In this document: positions 47,759 to 60,800 of the stretch, piece after piece
Layout: every line of letters starts with the position of its first letter
How positions within the stretch are numbered: the stretch's first letter is position 1
NCBI GenBank assembly: GCA_963924565.1
Contig: OZ004609.1
Location: 26,226,001-26,290,000, forward strand
Length of the DNA: 64,000 nucleotides
Source of the DNA: Ascidiella aspersa
Taxonomy: Eukaryota
Reading direction: 5' to 3'
Notes under the pieces: model-generated
What the model was told of the DNA's origin: nothing
The model's database searches: none
The model's input: only the letters and a program-made list of their open reading frames with translations
Program-made: the position numbers and the translations under genes

Positions 47759-47972
47759 CCAGTCTGCATTCTATGGCAGGTCCACACCCGAGGTTTTTCC
47801 AAAGCAGTTTGTGCATAATTAGTAAATTATTTGACTAAATTTTGGAGAAAGGTTGATTTGTGGTAGGATTCTAAACCTCAGGTGTGCACAAAACATGATT
47901 GCACACCGACACACCTCCAAATTTGGTGCTACACACCTAAGATCTTGGTCAAAGCCATAAAATGCAGACTGG
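47759..47972. mobile_element. MITE (a partial second copy lies at ~47381-47575)
   Basis: 19-bp TIRs CCAGTCTGCATTCTATGGC / GCCATAAAATGCAGACTGG. Internal caggtgtgca and acacctccaa..tttggtgct blocks are shared with the upstream copy. Confidence 0.7.
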
Positions 47973-48054
47973 ACAGTCAGTTGTTTAACTAGTGTTTTGT
48001 TTTATATAGAATTGCTTTTTATGTATAATAAAAACTTGTATTTTCAACAACAAT

Positions 48055-50123
48055 ATGGCTTTGAGAAAATTGGGCAGACTATCTGAAAAGTCCTGTTCTT
48101 TATTCCTATGTGACATGCAAGAAAAATTTCGACCGAATATTGGTAGAGCATCTGTCTATATTATGTAACTTGAGTTTTGTTGTGTTAAATAACATCCTAA
48201 TTAGACTAAAATAAATGTCATTAAAACCAAATTATTTGGCATCTGGGCATCCAAAAAAGAACTGATTAATTAGAGTCATCATTAACTAGACTTGTATTTC
48301 TTTATATATGATGAACATATTTGCGACGTAATTTAATAAATATATATTTTTAGTTTACTTTCCACAAATTATCGAAGTCTCCCGCAGAATGAAGGAACTT
48401 GCAAAGATTCTTTCTATTCCTACAATAGTAACTGAACAATATCCAAAAGGTTGTAGAAGTTATATTTATATGTATAACCTTACTGAGTGGTGGCTATCTT
48501 AATTCTCAGTTTTAACTTTCTTTTTTGGTATTAAAGAGTGCTATCAGTGCATGTTCGAAATGTGACAAATTACAAACTTCAATACAGTGTACATCTTGTT
48601 TCGAAATTACTGTGACTTATTTAGGTTTGGGACCAACTGTTGCGGAGCTGGGTGATCTAGGCCATGCAAAAAAATTTTCCAAGACATGTTTTTCCATGGT
48701 TTTACCTGAAGTGGAAGAAGAACTAAAAAAGAACAATACAAAATCAGTAATTCTTTGTGGAATTGAAACCCAAGCTTGCATTTTGGTGTGTATCTGAAAC
48801 TAATGATTGCATTAACTTATATACCTAATAACTGTGTTGTTATGACTTAAGTTATTGACTTGTCTTAACTGCTTTTTAATCACCGTTTTCAAATGACTTG
48901 ACTTGACTTAAGTTTTTTGGACAAAGGACTTGACTGAGACTTAATTCATTGTGTGAAATAACTTGTGTGGAAATAGCTGTTATTATTTAACATTTTTTGT
49001 AAAATTGAGTTATTTATTTCAATTGTTGCATGTAAAACAATCATATTTCTAAAATTATGTTTTTTTTTCTATTTGTTAATTGACTGATTGCTCCAAATCA
49101 GACGATTTAACAATTTTAGGTTTATTGTTTTATTTTGATATAGGTGATTTGACTTGGAGATGACTCACGTTCTAATAATAATGACTTGCCTGGAACTTGA
49201 CTTGAGTAACTGATGACTTGGACTGGGACTTCACTTTTGATTTGACTTAAACTGAGGTCATTTTGAAATGACTAGTTTATAACACTGCCAGATAACCAGA
49301 TGCAGACATCAAAAAGAGTGGATATTTTTAAGGAACATAACTTTTTTATTTGAACTTTTTAGAGAACCACAACTGATTTACTGGAAAAAGATTTTGATGT
49401 GCATGTTGTGGCTGATGGTGTGTCATCAAGAAGTCAAGTAATGATTTTTTTTAAATAAAAATATAAAAGTAAAACTGAAATTATTATTTGGATAATATTA
49501 ATTGCTACTTAAAAAAAAAAATTAAAAAAAAAATATTAAAAAATTTCACTAGATCTTTTTGTCAGGTTGACAGGCTTTTTGCATTGGCTACTATGAGGCA
49601 AATGGGAGCATTTATTACAACATCAGAAACAGTACTTTTGCAACTGATGGGCAACGCTAAACATCCCAAATTTAGAGAGGTGGTTATTTTGTTTTGTATT
49701 TACTATTTAGTAAATGGCATCATTTAAAAACACAAATTGTTTGGCTTAGTGAGGTATACCAAATGATTTATTAGACTTGATTTTCATATATGCAATTTCA
49801 TATATCTTGTAAAAAAATGATTCTTTTTATTTTGGGTAATTCTTATAAACAAGTAATGGTGTTAATAACTTTTAAATATGAGATAAATATGCAAATTGAA
49901 GAATTATAAACATCATGTGACATTCATACTAATGTATTTTTTTACACTAAAAATCAATGCGGTAAAAAGTTATACCCAATATTGTTTATGGCATTTAAAA
50001 TGGTTAACAAGCCAAGTGGAGAAACACATGTTGTAATCTTGTTTTTCTTTATAGGCCCAACAGCTGATCATGACATCAGCACCAGACAGTGGTTTGGTGC
50101 AAGATATGCTAAAGAGTACATAA
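48055..50123 (+). CDS. ISOC2: Isochorismatase domain-containing protein (ISOC2-like), 200 aa. Exons 48055-48142, 48354-48449, 48625-48785, 49363-49437, 49566-49679, 50055-50123
   Basis: [78 protein letters not shown]. Short N-terminus without the ISOC1 extension. All introns GT-AG and in phase. Confidence 0.9.
48832..49287. mobile_element. Degenerate hAT-like MITE with GACTTG subterminal repeats
   Basis: Ends ctgtgttgtta / ttataacactg, multiple gacttg units at both ends, imperfect 8-bp TSD CCTAATAA / CCAGATAA. Confidence 0.55.
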
Positions 50124-50150
50124 CTGAAGGATACACTCAAAAATAATTTT

Positions 50151-50346
50151 CGCGCTGTTCTAGAATTCCACCACATTTTCGTTGGGTATATAAAAATGTT
50201 TTGATTAGGGTGCTAGTTAATGTTTGAGTGGGTCAAGTATTATTATTAAATTTATTCTTACACATTATGCATTCCTTGCAATTTCAAATTACTAAACTCG
50301 TTTTGTTACTGTTAAAATAAATGTGGTAGGATTTTAGACAAGCGCC
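50151..50346. mobile_element. MITE just downstream of the ISOC2 stop (same family as 51320-54788)
   Basis: Imperfect TIRs cgcgctgttctagaattccaccacattt / aaatgtggtaggattttagacaagcgcc. Confidence 0.6.
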
Positions 50347-50636
50347 CTAATTTTTTATTTATGACAAGTGATAAAAACGTTGAGTGCATTGTGTTCAGCT
50401 TCAACGAAACTCTTTGTTCAACCTTGTCATTCGTTGGATCTTTTACGTAATTTATATAATAATTATACTAATTGTTATTTTTTTATTTGAATGTATTTAA
50501 AAAAATAAACTGTGCAATTGTCATGTTTTGTTTTAGTTATGATGAAAGAAGTACATTTGCTCTCACATAGCTAGTGCATATAAATTACAGATATTGGCTT
50601 ATTTAATGTCCAGCGTCCTACAAATACTAATAGAGA

Positions 50637-50812
50637 TCCAAACAGAACCACAAAGGTTATTAAAAAAGATCTAGAACAATTTTATTCAAAAAGAACAGTG
50701 AAATCATTTCGAATTAAGGTTTTAAACAGAACCTATAATGCAGTTTGCGTATAGTATGCTGTGCAAAAGTTGTTATAGATTTTTTTATAACCTTTGTGGT
50801 TCTGTTTGGATT
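50637..50812. repeat. Inverted-repeat (MITE-like) element
   Basis: atccaaacagaaccacaaaggttat ... ataacctttgtggttctgtttggat. Confidence 0.7.
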
Positions 50813-50901
50813 TCATGATATGGATAAAAGATGAACAGTTTTTTAAGTTTTAGAACAGGCTTCCCAATAAATTCCAATATAAACAATAAATAAAATAATA
50901 A

Positions 50902-50982
50902 AATAATATTGTTATTATTTTAATAATATTGTTATTATTTTAATAATATTGTTATTATTTTAATAATATTGTTATTATTTTA
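50902..50982. repeat. AT-rich 20-bp tandem repeat x4 (AATAATATTGTTATTATTTT)
   Basis: Directly visible. Confidence 0.9.
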
Positions 50983-51447
50983 TCAACAATACTAATAGAT
51001 ACGTTTTTTAGCAGGTTCTCTGTAAATTTATTCTCCCTTCGTTAAGATTTCTATCTTATTATTTTTAACATGGTCCGGCGATTCCTCAGTGAAAAGTTGG
51101 CAGCGGTAGGAAACTTAGCTTAGCTTTAATTTATTATGGTCGCATTTGGCCTTTAATTAAGGCAAAGCAACATGATTTCATTAAAATCCAAGATTTACCT
51201 AGTTGCCGGGAGCACTGTGGCCATTTTGTTGACTATGAGGTAAATCCGCGTTTGTTTCGATCTACTTACTTTAAGTTTTTAACTAGTCGAAATTCGTGAT
51301 TGGCCATATTTGCGTTGGCGGCGCTGGTCTGGAATCCTATAACCCACTGTGGAAAGTATGGCAACTGCACCCGCGATTTTTTTTTGACCTTTAAAAGTGC
51401 ACCCGGAAAAATATTTTAAGTGCACCCCAAATATGTAAAATGCTTGT

Positions 51448-54431
51448 GGGTCATTCCATCCTTAATTTAAAGGCCCGGAACCCATGTTCTTAGATTTTCT
51501 TTAAACTTAGTACAATTGAAGATCTCTTTTAAAAAATAAGAATGCAAAAAATTTGAGCGTTCTGTGATAAGCGGTTTCGAAGATATGGCAGTTTAAAATA
51601 TTTTACCACTAGGTGGAAATGGGTACTTTTTGGTTCCGCTTGAGCGCTTTTTGCTCTGTTGTGGCTTAATTTTGCAGTAGAAGCCTGAAGTAAAATTCTA
51701 TTCCACCATTTATGGGGTTGCTAATTTCAAAAATGATGATTAAAACTATATGTGATGAATTCTTCTACATGTAATTTACATTTAAAGTTTTCTGACTTCC
51801 GAAGACTTTTCCGAAGCTCTCTGCAATTTTTTTTCAATTTTTATGCTGGAAAAATAATCTTGAGACATCATAGTATTTGGAATTTTTAAAGTGATTCTTG
51901 GTTATTTGCAATTAGTAATTGGTTTTGGTTTTAATGTTTTAAATTTGTGTTAAATTTAAAACACTAAAAAGTTACAACTGATAACTAGAGGCAGTAAAAG
52001 TCATACTTTTTTGGTGTAAAATCAAAAAATATTGTTATGAGCTTCATGTAAGAAGGTTTAAGGTCATATTCTCTGTTTGTAGTCATAAAATATGACCTTT
52101 TGATTTTACTTAAACTTTAAAGATTTGGTCCTAGTAATTTTGTAGACAAAGTTAAAGCAGTCCCCTCTAGAAGTATTGCAATGAGAGTTCTCATGCTGAA
52201 TTTCATGAAGCATTTAAAGCATGATTTTCATTGTTTTCTGTACTTTAATGCTTACTGTTTGATTTCAATTTACATTGTGACATTATCTTGACACATTGTT
52301 TTGCAACACACAGTGTTGAATATTATAAACACATGCCATAGGTCAGCTCGTACAGTCAGTTAGATCAGAGTTATAACTTCTATGGTCAGCCAATGTTAAG
52401 ATCTTAAGAGCTCCGGGTAGTTTTTAGCCTACAGCTCAATAGTGTATTTAATTTCTCAGTGCCTTTTTCAGGATTTAGTAAATTTGTGTAATCTTTACGT
52501 GTACATTTAGCCTTGCTAGTATCTGTTTTTGAGCTTTATAACTACACAGATTTGTAAAAAATGGAACCGTGTACTATAGGCATTTTAAAAGGGGTAGTAA
52601 AAGAGTGTCACAGCAACTCAAGAATTAGTAAACAAGGCATGACTAATTTCAATACAATAAGCGATGAGGAAAGAATTATTTATTTATGGCGAGCTGGACT
52701 TTGCACAGAAATTCGTGGAAGAGATAGCAAAATTTGCAACCACCGCAAAAAGCAGTTAGGGGACTACTTTTTATCTAGAAAGATGAAGTGCACTGATGTG
52801 TATGGAAGACATAAGAAAAAAAAGCCTTCAGGTAGCCGAATCATCAGTTTGGATACGGCACTCTACCTGAAATCACAGGAAATTAACAGCATACCAGGAG
52901 ACAAATTGTGTCGAAATTGCTGGGGCTTGTTGTTCAAAAATATGCAGGTTGAAAAAGATCCTTCTGGTAAGTCAGATTCAAGTACAACAGAAAGTTTAGA
53001 TAACTCTTTTAACCAATCTAATTCATTAAAAAGGTCAAATGAAGTACTAAAGCTATTGGGAAAATCACCTGTTAAACTACATTCCCTCAAAAAACGCCAA
53101 CGCCTATCTTATGTTCAAAACACGGTATCTAATGTAGTCCGGAACATCCAAGAAAATTTATCACTTGCAATACCAACAGAAGATGAAGAACAAGCATCAA
53201 CTTCACAGTCAAAAAAACAACAAGAGGAAAATGCAATTAAAGCAAATGATTTGGATATTTTAATGAACGAGCTTAACGAAAAAATAGTAACTGCTAATCG
53301 TGACGAAAAACTTTCCATTTTGACATTAAAGCCGCACTCCTGGTATTTTGAAAAAACTCGTAAATTTTTTGGAGTGTCTAATTATTATGTTTCGTATCGG
53401 CTAATTTAAGACTGGAGAAAGGAATTTTGGCACCCCATTGGAGCTAAATATAAACTAACAGATGAAACAAAACAGCTGATTAAAGATTTTTATTTGGATG
53501 ATAACCATTCATTTTTTAGAATCCTGCCTGGCCGAAAGGATTTTGTTAGCATAAGACCGAACATACATGAGCAAAAATGCCTTTTGCTGTGTAATATTGA
53601 TGAACTATATGTATTGTTTAGACAAAAACATCCCTCTTTCAAAGTACGTTCATCCATGTTTTATAAACCTCAACCAAAACAATGTATTACTGTATCAGCA
53701 TCAGGACAAAATCTCTTCTAAATTTCATACTTTGTCTTCTGAATAAAATTGTAACTATTAATTTTTTCTAGAATCCTGTAAAGAATGTTAAATGTAAATA
53801 TATTTTCCAATGTATATTGTATGTCAGTACAATAGTTGTACACGAAGTTGTGACAGTGTAGCGCATCAATTGATTTAAAGTGTCACCATTTTTTATTGTT
53901 GTATTTTAATTTGTTCCACAATTTGCATGAATTTGAAACTTGATAACCAACTACTAATTGCAAATAACCAAGAATCACTTTAAAAATTCCAAATACTATG
54001 ATGTCTCAAGATTATTTTTCCAGCATAAAAATTGAAAAAAAATTGCAGAGAGCTTCGGAAAAGTCTTCGGAAGTCAGAAAACTTTAAATGTAAATTACAT
54101 GTAGAAGAATTTACCACATATTGTTTTTATTATCATTTTTGAAATTAGCAACCCCATAAATGGTGGAATAGCATTTTACTGCGGGCTTCTACTGCAAAAT
54201 TAAGCCACAACAGAGCTAAAAGCGCTCAAGCGGAACCAAAAAATACCCATTTCCACCTAGTGGTAAAATATTTCAAAATGTCATATCTTTGAAACCGCTT
54301 ATCACAGAACGCTCAAATTTTTTGCATTCTTATTTTTTTATTAAAATCTTCAGTTAACTTAAATTTAAAGAAAATCTGAAAACATGGGTGGACAAATTTC
54401 TGAAAACTTTAAATTAAGGATGGAATGACCC
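51448..54431 (+). mobile_element. Sola2-like DNA transposon, internally deleted
   Basis: ~470-bp highly similar TIRs starting GGGTCATTCCATCC, 4-bp TSD TTGT, transposase N-terminal remnant inside. GRG termini, long TIRs and a 4-bp TSD are Sola2 hallmarks. Confidence 0.8.
52561..53721 (+). pseudogene. Truncated, frameshifted Sola2-like transposase
   Basis: Intronless 282-aa ORF with a Cys/His N-terminus (IC.H..C.D..RHKK..IPGDKLCRNC) and LTLKPHSW..FGVSNY. It continues in another frame as FYLDD..RILPGRKDFVSI..QKCLLLCNIDELY..HP..KV..F. No catalytic core before the right TIR. Confidence 0.75.
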
Positions 54432-54891
54432 TTGTGTGACATACATTTACAGTGCAATGTATGCAAAATACAGTGCATCGGAAAAGCATAAAGTGCACCC
54501 GAGGTGCACTTTATTGACCTTTGTTGCACCCGGTCACCCAGATTTTTTTGGCCGTGCACCCACGAGATCTCATCGAAATCTGGCAGACTTTTCAGCAGTG
54601 CCTATAACCACAGCGTTGAAACAATCATTAAAGCAACGCACAATATTTGGGTTGGGATGTCGGTTAGTGTTTAGGTGAGGGTGGGTCCAGTAATATTATT
54701 TTGATTATTTAATAATATTGCTAAACCTACGCAGACGCTAACCCTAACCCAAATAATGTTTTATGTGGTAGGATTCTAGACCAGCGCCACATCGGCTTAC
54801 ATGTAAACAAGCGCAATTCTGTGTTAAATTTTTATACAATTAAAAACAATTTGACTACATCACATAAAAAATTGCAAAGACTATAAGGCGA

Positions 54892-57800
54892 ATGATACAA
54901 ACATTGATCATTTCATCAGTTGTACACTTTTTTTATTTTGCTTTAATTTTATTGTAAGACAGATAGTCAATTTTTGTCAGAAGAACATCATTTAAAATTA
55001 TGCTTTCTTTACTTACCGGAAGTCCATCTTACATATTCTATGTTGAAGTGTTCTTAATACTGTATCTTTAAAACACAAATATATTTCAATGTTACAAAAA
55101 ATGAAGAACATTTGTAAAATAAACAAATTGATTAATGATTAATACATTTCATCCTTTTTCTACGTATTTCCTAAATGTGGTTTGTTTTGCAGTATATTTC
55201 ACTTCATGCTGCTATTTTGGACATTTTTTGCTGGCGTTGCAGTCTCTGTAATCATTTTGAGGTGAATATTTTTGCTTAACCAGTAGCTTGTTTATTCGAC
55301 AATGGTGATTTATAAACAAATATTTTTAGACCAGGCTATGAAGTTCCCAATCTTTTGCTGTCATTCAGAAAACAAAACCAAGTTTGTAGTGTTTTTAGTC
55401 TATTTTTTTACAATAAAAATATTTATGTTTTTTCGTGACAAACATGTTGTCCCTTTTTACTTTTATGTAATTCATTTATTTTTAGAGTGTAAACAGTGTT
55501 AAAGAAAAGTCATCCAAGTGCAGTGTTTGTGCCAAAGAGAACTGCAACAGACAGAGGTACCACTGAATCGTTAATAGGAGAGTAATTTTTATAAAAATAA
55601 ATAAATGTAGCAATTGAATGAAAGATATTGTAGCGACTTTTTAGTTATGTTGAGAATATCTTAAGGTAGTATCCTATAATCGTTTAATAAGTAACAAAAC
55701 CTAAAGTCGCTGAGTGAGTCCTATCCGGGTAATTATAAATTCTATTCTGTTTAGGAATAATCAAACAACACAAATGTATCTCTTTAGTATATATTGGGTT
55801 AAGTGTAAAAGATGAGCGTTAATAACTATCACAAACAAGAGTTAGCATTAATATCGGCATTACACGAATCTACTTACAATATTATTGTTAAATCATAACA
55901 TGTTACTGCAATAACCACGAATCAAAACTGGCATATTAGAACCGAATCGTTCTCAAATATATAGCACAAAATGCAATACAATTTAGCAAAGTCATCACGC
56001 TAACAATTCTATTTCTGGCCAAGTTGGTAATTGAGAAACACAAAAAAGTCCATCAGTCGTTCAAAGACCTGCAGACTAGGCCAGCAGGAATTTGCTAAGA
56101 TAAACAGTACACGGGACTGGGCGCCCACTTATCTCGCCCGAGTAACCATCGCTTCGGGCAGCGAATGTCGCACGCACAGGCTACATTAACATTGTATGCT
56201 CTAAATGACCGAAATAAAGTCGTGGTAATGTACACCTGAAAAAGATAGAAAGGAACAGACAATAACTACATTAATTTCGAAATACGAAAAACTTTAGAAT
56301 TATCGCCGTCTTAAAACCTATTTAACAATTCTAATAACTCCTAATGATAGTGGAACTTTGAGATTATATGCTTATGGCAATTAACAAATTTAGGTGTTTA
56401 CTGTGTTGATAAACACGTAACAGATATACACACACAGGTTTTTTTTAAGGTTTGGTTTGGGTGACCGCTAAGTAGTTTTAAGAGACCGCAAGTGTTTCAT
56501 TTAAATCCAAAACGTTGCAAGTCCAAAAGGACCGTTTCGGTCCCCCAAAACACCTTAAAAAAAACACTGTACACACATAAGTGTTCAACAACTGTAATCT
56601 AGCCCTTCTAAATCTGCTTTTTGACCAACGATTATGTCTTATGTATTGTTAATATACCGAAAGCCATCGCAGACTCACCGAATCTGTCGATCAATGCAAA
56701 GTAACTCAGTTGGTAGAGCGGCGGTCCTGGTATGGCCCGAGGTTGTTAGTTTGAACCTCACTGCAGGCTAGTTGTTTTTTAAGCCTGCTTTGATTGCATC
56801 ATTGATCAAAATATTCAATTATGTCTTTGGCTGTACTGTTGTAACAATTGGTCATCCTTTAACGATCACCACAACAAGTTATATTGCTTTCTTTGTTTCA
56901 GACCCGAAGAACAGTTTGAAACATGGCAGCCTTGGGTAGACATAGAGGTCAATGAGAAAGTTGATGTAGCTGTGACTGAGGTTGGTTAAATGTAAATTGC
57001 ATTTATTTTGTTTTAACATAAGTATACCACTTTAATTGTTTTTTTGTAGTTTCTGGAAATTCTTCTCGAGAAGTACATTCAAAATTGGTATCAGTAAGTA
57101 TTTATTTTTCTTAGATGCAATATGTGATAGCTAATGCTTTCATTTTTTATGACAGAGAACTGAGCGACAATAATGATTTTGTATTTGAGCTGAAAGGTTG
57201 TTTGCGGCATTGTTTAGCGGTCCTGTATCGCAGAATAAACAAGGTATCACTTTAAAAATTAAAATATTGTTGTTGTTTCAAAAGTGATTTTAATTTTAAG
57301 GTTTCACAAATTTCAAATTGTCTACAGGTTGACATGCCAGAGATTATTATCCAAAAACTTGTACGTGTTGCAATTTTTCACTTAAACATATGCCTTGTAG
57401 CACAAAAAAAAGGTTAGTTGTAAGTTATTGGAATAAAACAGTGTTACATTTTTTTAAAGTTGGTAGAGTTCTGTCCATTTTGTTTTGTTGGTTGGCAATT
57501 CTCTTATCTGTTTTAGGTTGCCAAAGTGAGGATGATATTCTTCTATTCTATGGAACAAAAATGCACTTGGCTTTACAAAGTAGGCGCTCTGAACTTAACT
57601 ATTTAAGAGGGTTGTGTGATTGCTTGTTTCCACTTATTCTTCCAAAATCATTCGTCAAGAGCAAGTAAGCAATCTGGGCATAATATTGATTTTGTTTCAA
57701 GATTATTGGAAAGGAAAAAAATATTTTTTTAACCAATAAGGACTGGATATCTCTATATTTTACTATGACTGACATTTTTCAGTTTACCTGTGATGTTTGA

Positions 57801-60800
57801 TTTTTTTTAACTGGTCTATTTTTTTCATAAATGTTCTTTAACTACTAACTCAATTTCGCAACAAAGTATGTTGCACTGAATATGTGAATAATAGAAATCA
57901 CCTTGACCCTTGCAAGATAAATGTCGACCTTAATTCCTGATCAGTAACAGCAAAATACTCTAGCAAAGCTAGCAATTCAGGTCAGACACAATAAACAGAT
58001 CTCAAAGAATATATATTTCGCCAACTAAGGCATCGTCAGTATATCTTAATTCGAATGAATCTATTTCATTATACCCCATATACCCCATTTGCATTGCCTA
58101 AAACTATTGTTTTTTGAATCAATTGTAGAATTGGAAAAACATTTCTCCGAGAGGTTTTAGCCTCAAATGTTATTTTGCATGGAATTGACAGCATTGATGA
58201 TCCTGTAAGTATAACAATATTTTTAAAAACTGAATATTTCGTTTGTCATATGCTTATTTTGAACTAGCATGTCATGAAGTGTAGATTAAATTGAATTTTC
58301 ATAATCCCAATTTGTGTTTGTTTGTAGGATCGAATCAATTTGCTGCTTCTCATCTTTTTTGACAAATCATTGGCAAGTTTACTTTGTTTGTTCTTTAGGC
58401 TGACCTTTAAAGAAAATACTGCTTCAATAATAGTTTTTTAAAAATATCATGATCTTATTCAAAATAAAGTAACATCATTAGTTTGGTAAATTTGCCTACC
58501 ATATAAGATTGTATTAATGACTTTTAGGGTATTAAGCTGAAAGGAAAGCCAATTTATCTTTAATTTTTATGTAATATTTTACCCTTTGAAGTAGAAAACT
58601 TATAGTGGATTGTAAAACTTGACAGAAATGTCATTTTCTGTTCTTATTCAATATTATCAGACATTTTTATAAATAACTATAATGTTATTTGCAGCCCCAA
58701 AAGGCAGATGGTCCACCTTCACCACTTGTTCCATTTCTTGCTGAATTTTCTTCTCAAGATCAGAACCCCTCTACTTCTGTAAGAAAATTTGTTTTTTTGT
58801 ATAATCCAGATTTCAGCTGATAAATAAAAACTTTTTTATTTTTATACAGCTTCTTCATATTGATCTGCCAAAAATTATGGCAACACAGGATTTACTATAT
58901 CAGTTCATGTCCTTTTTGAAAACCATCCGGGCTGTCCACTATTTACAGTTTTGTCTTACTGTTTGTAAGTAAAGCATCCCATCTTTAATGTTACAGACAA
59001 ATTTAGTTTAATGTTAGACTGAAATAAACTAGGAACCACACAGTTATAGTCCTAGGCCTCTAACTGGTAAACCATTAAATTAATAATCGAGAGTTGAGAT
59101 TTCAAAGAAGTGTCCTTATACTGTCTGTGTTTTATTCCTAAAAAAATATTCTGGTTGAATATACAAATGCATAATTCCAGAACAGCTACAAGTAGTGGCT
59201 TTAATTTTTGTCAGGTGATTTTAATCGACGTTGTTTGGCCCCGGAGCAAAACGAAGCTCAGCAAAGAAGACTCCATGAAGAAGCGCGTAACATCTACCTC
59301 TCATATTGTGCCCCGGACTCTGCTACCTTTATTCATTTTCAACCCTCTATTGTCGAGGATCTTAAAGAAAGTATGAATATATTATTTGTATTATGGATTA
59401 AACTTTTTTTAAGTTTAAAAGTTTGATTATGGGATAAAAATATGTGAGTAATGAAAATTGACTCACCGTAATAAAAATTATTAAAAGAGTGGGTAAAACT
59501 TGGTGAATGTTGTTAGATGGTGTAATATTTCCAAGAAAATAACACAACTATGTGAGAGACTGAGGGTTATAAACTTATGATAGAAGCTAGCAGCTCTTTT
59601 TCCCAATAAGTATAGAGCTATTTTATAACATACAACTTTAACATAACCCGTTTTCTGGAAGCTAGTTATTTTTAACTTGTAAAATGACTAAAATGACACT
59701 TAAAGATCACAATTGTGTGCAATTTTCAGTTTATTTTTGATTGGTGTGTAATTCAGCTTTGACCAAAACTAAAAATTTACACTGTAAGACCACTCCTTCC
59801 AATGCATTAATTAGCCTATTTGCTCTTAAAGTTGCGAATGGACGATGGGATGAGGTTTGCAGACTTCGGACCAGCACTCCGTTGTTTCAAGCATATGACC
59901 ACGTCTACAATTTGCTGGAACACCTCTACTGCCCTTTATTCTATCAAAGTGACAGCGTAAGGCAATTTCTTTATCAACAAAAAAACAGAACCCTTACAAG
60001 GCTCTTATTTTACCTATATTGCAGTATTATGAAATGCTTTGTGGAAAACGGGCCCCTACAAAAAACAAGAAGGCATTTAGCAGGTGAGGACATTACTTTT
60101 GCGCATTATTGCTCGGATATATTTAATCAATTTTATCTTCAAACGCAGACAAATGATGAAGGGTGGAGACGGGGGCTCTGTGAAACAGATTGGCAAAAAG
60201 ATCAAGGATGCATTCAAGCCAAATCAAGGTGCTTGTTTTTATGCTAGACTAAATATGTACAAAGACGACTTATATTTTACATACTACAAATGGGATAAGT
60301 GTTCAAATACATTAAGTTGACGCACACAAGGCTAATTCTTGTTGAAAATACATTAATTCAAGTTTGTGTGCAGATAATGAAAACGACATGCTTGAGGAGA
60401 GTACAACTGATGCTGATTCAACCTTGGTAAGTTGACGACTTTCGTTATTTTTCTTGTTTAAATTTGTGTAGGTTACTTTCGACTTTATAACCTTTTCGGA
60501 GTATGCTGAGTGCACCTTTGTAACAATCAATTCCTGACGGTCACACTGTATTTTTGGGATAATTGTTTCTTGATACATTTTTAATAAAGCGCTTCCCAAG
60601 CATTTCTAAACGTTGCAGTTTTCCATTAGATCGGGAAATTATTGCATTACCATTACGTAACATTTATGTAACAATGTAACAAATACGTAACAATTAGACG
60701 TGTTGTGTCGCAGTAACTATTTCAGTACATACTGCCAGCAAACCGCTTTAAACAAAGCTTGCAAATGTCTTTGTACCAGATGGAAGGAACAGCGCAACTC

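Larger units (their letters stand above)
51345..54600. mobile_element. Middle non-autonomous element (CACTG termini, 9-bp TSD; superfamily unassigned)
   Basis: Imperfect TIRs CACTGTGGAAAGTATGGCA / TGGCAGACTTTTCAGCAGTG, TSD CCTATAACC (51336-51344, 54601-54609), TGCACCC repeats on both sides. Confidence 0.7.
51320..54788. mobile_element. Outer MITE of a three-level nest
   Basis: TIRs GGCGCTGGTCTGGAATCCTA / TAGGATTCTAGACCAGCGCC. An uninterrupted relative lies at 50151-50346. Confidence 0.65.

Noticed and set aside
50902-50982. Regular short repeats suggestive of a CRISPR array
   Set aside because: Head-to-tail AT-rich units with no spacers, in a eukaryotic context, and no cas genes.
54999-55071. 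Alternative SNX14 first exon MLSLLTGSPSYIFY..
   Set aside because: Weaker donor (gtatct) than the 54892-54953 exon (gtaaga), which is also hydrophobic and in the right phase. Not fully excluded.
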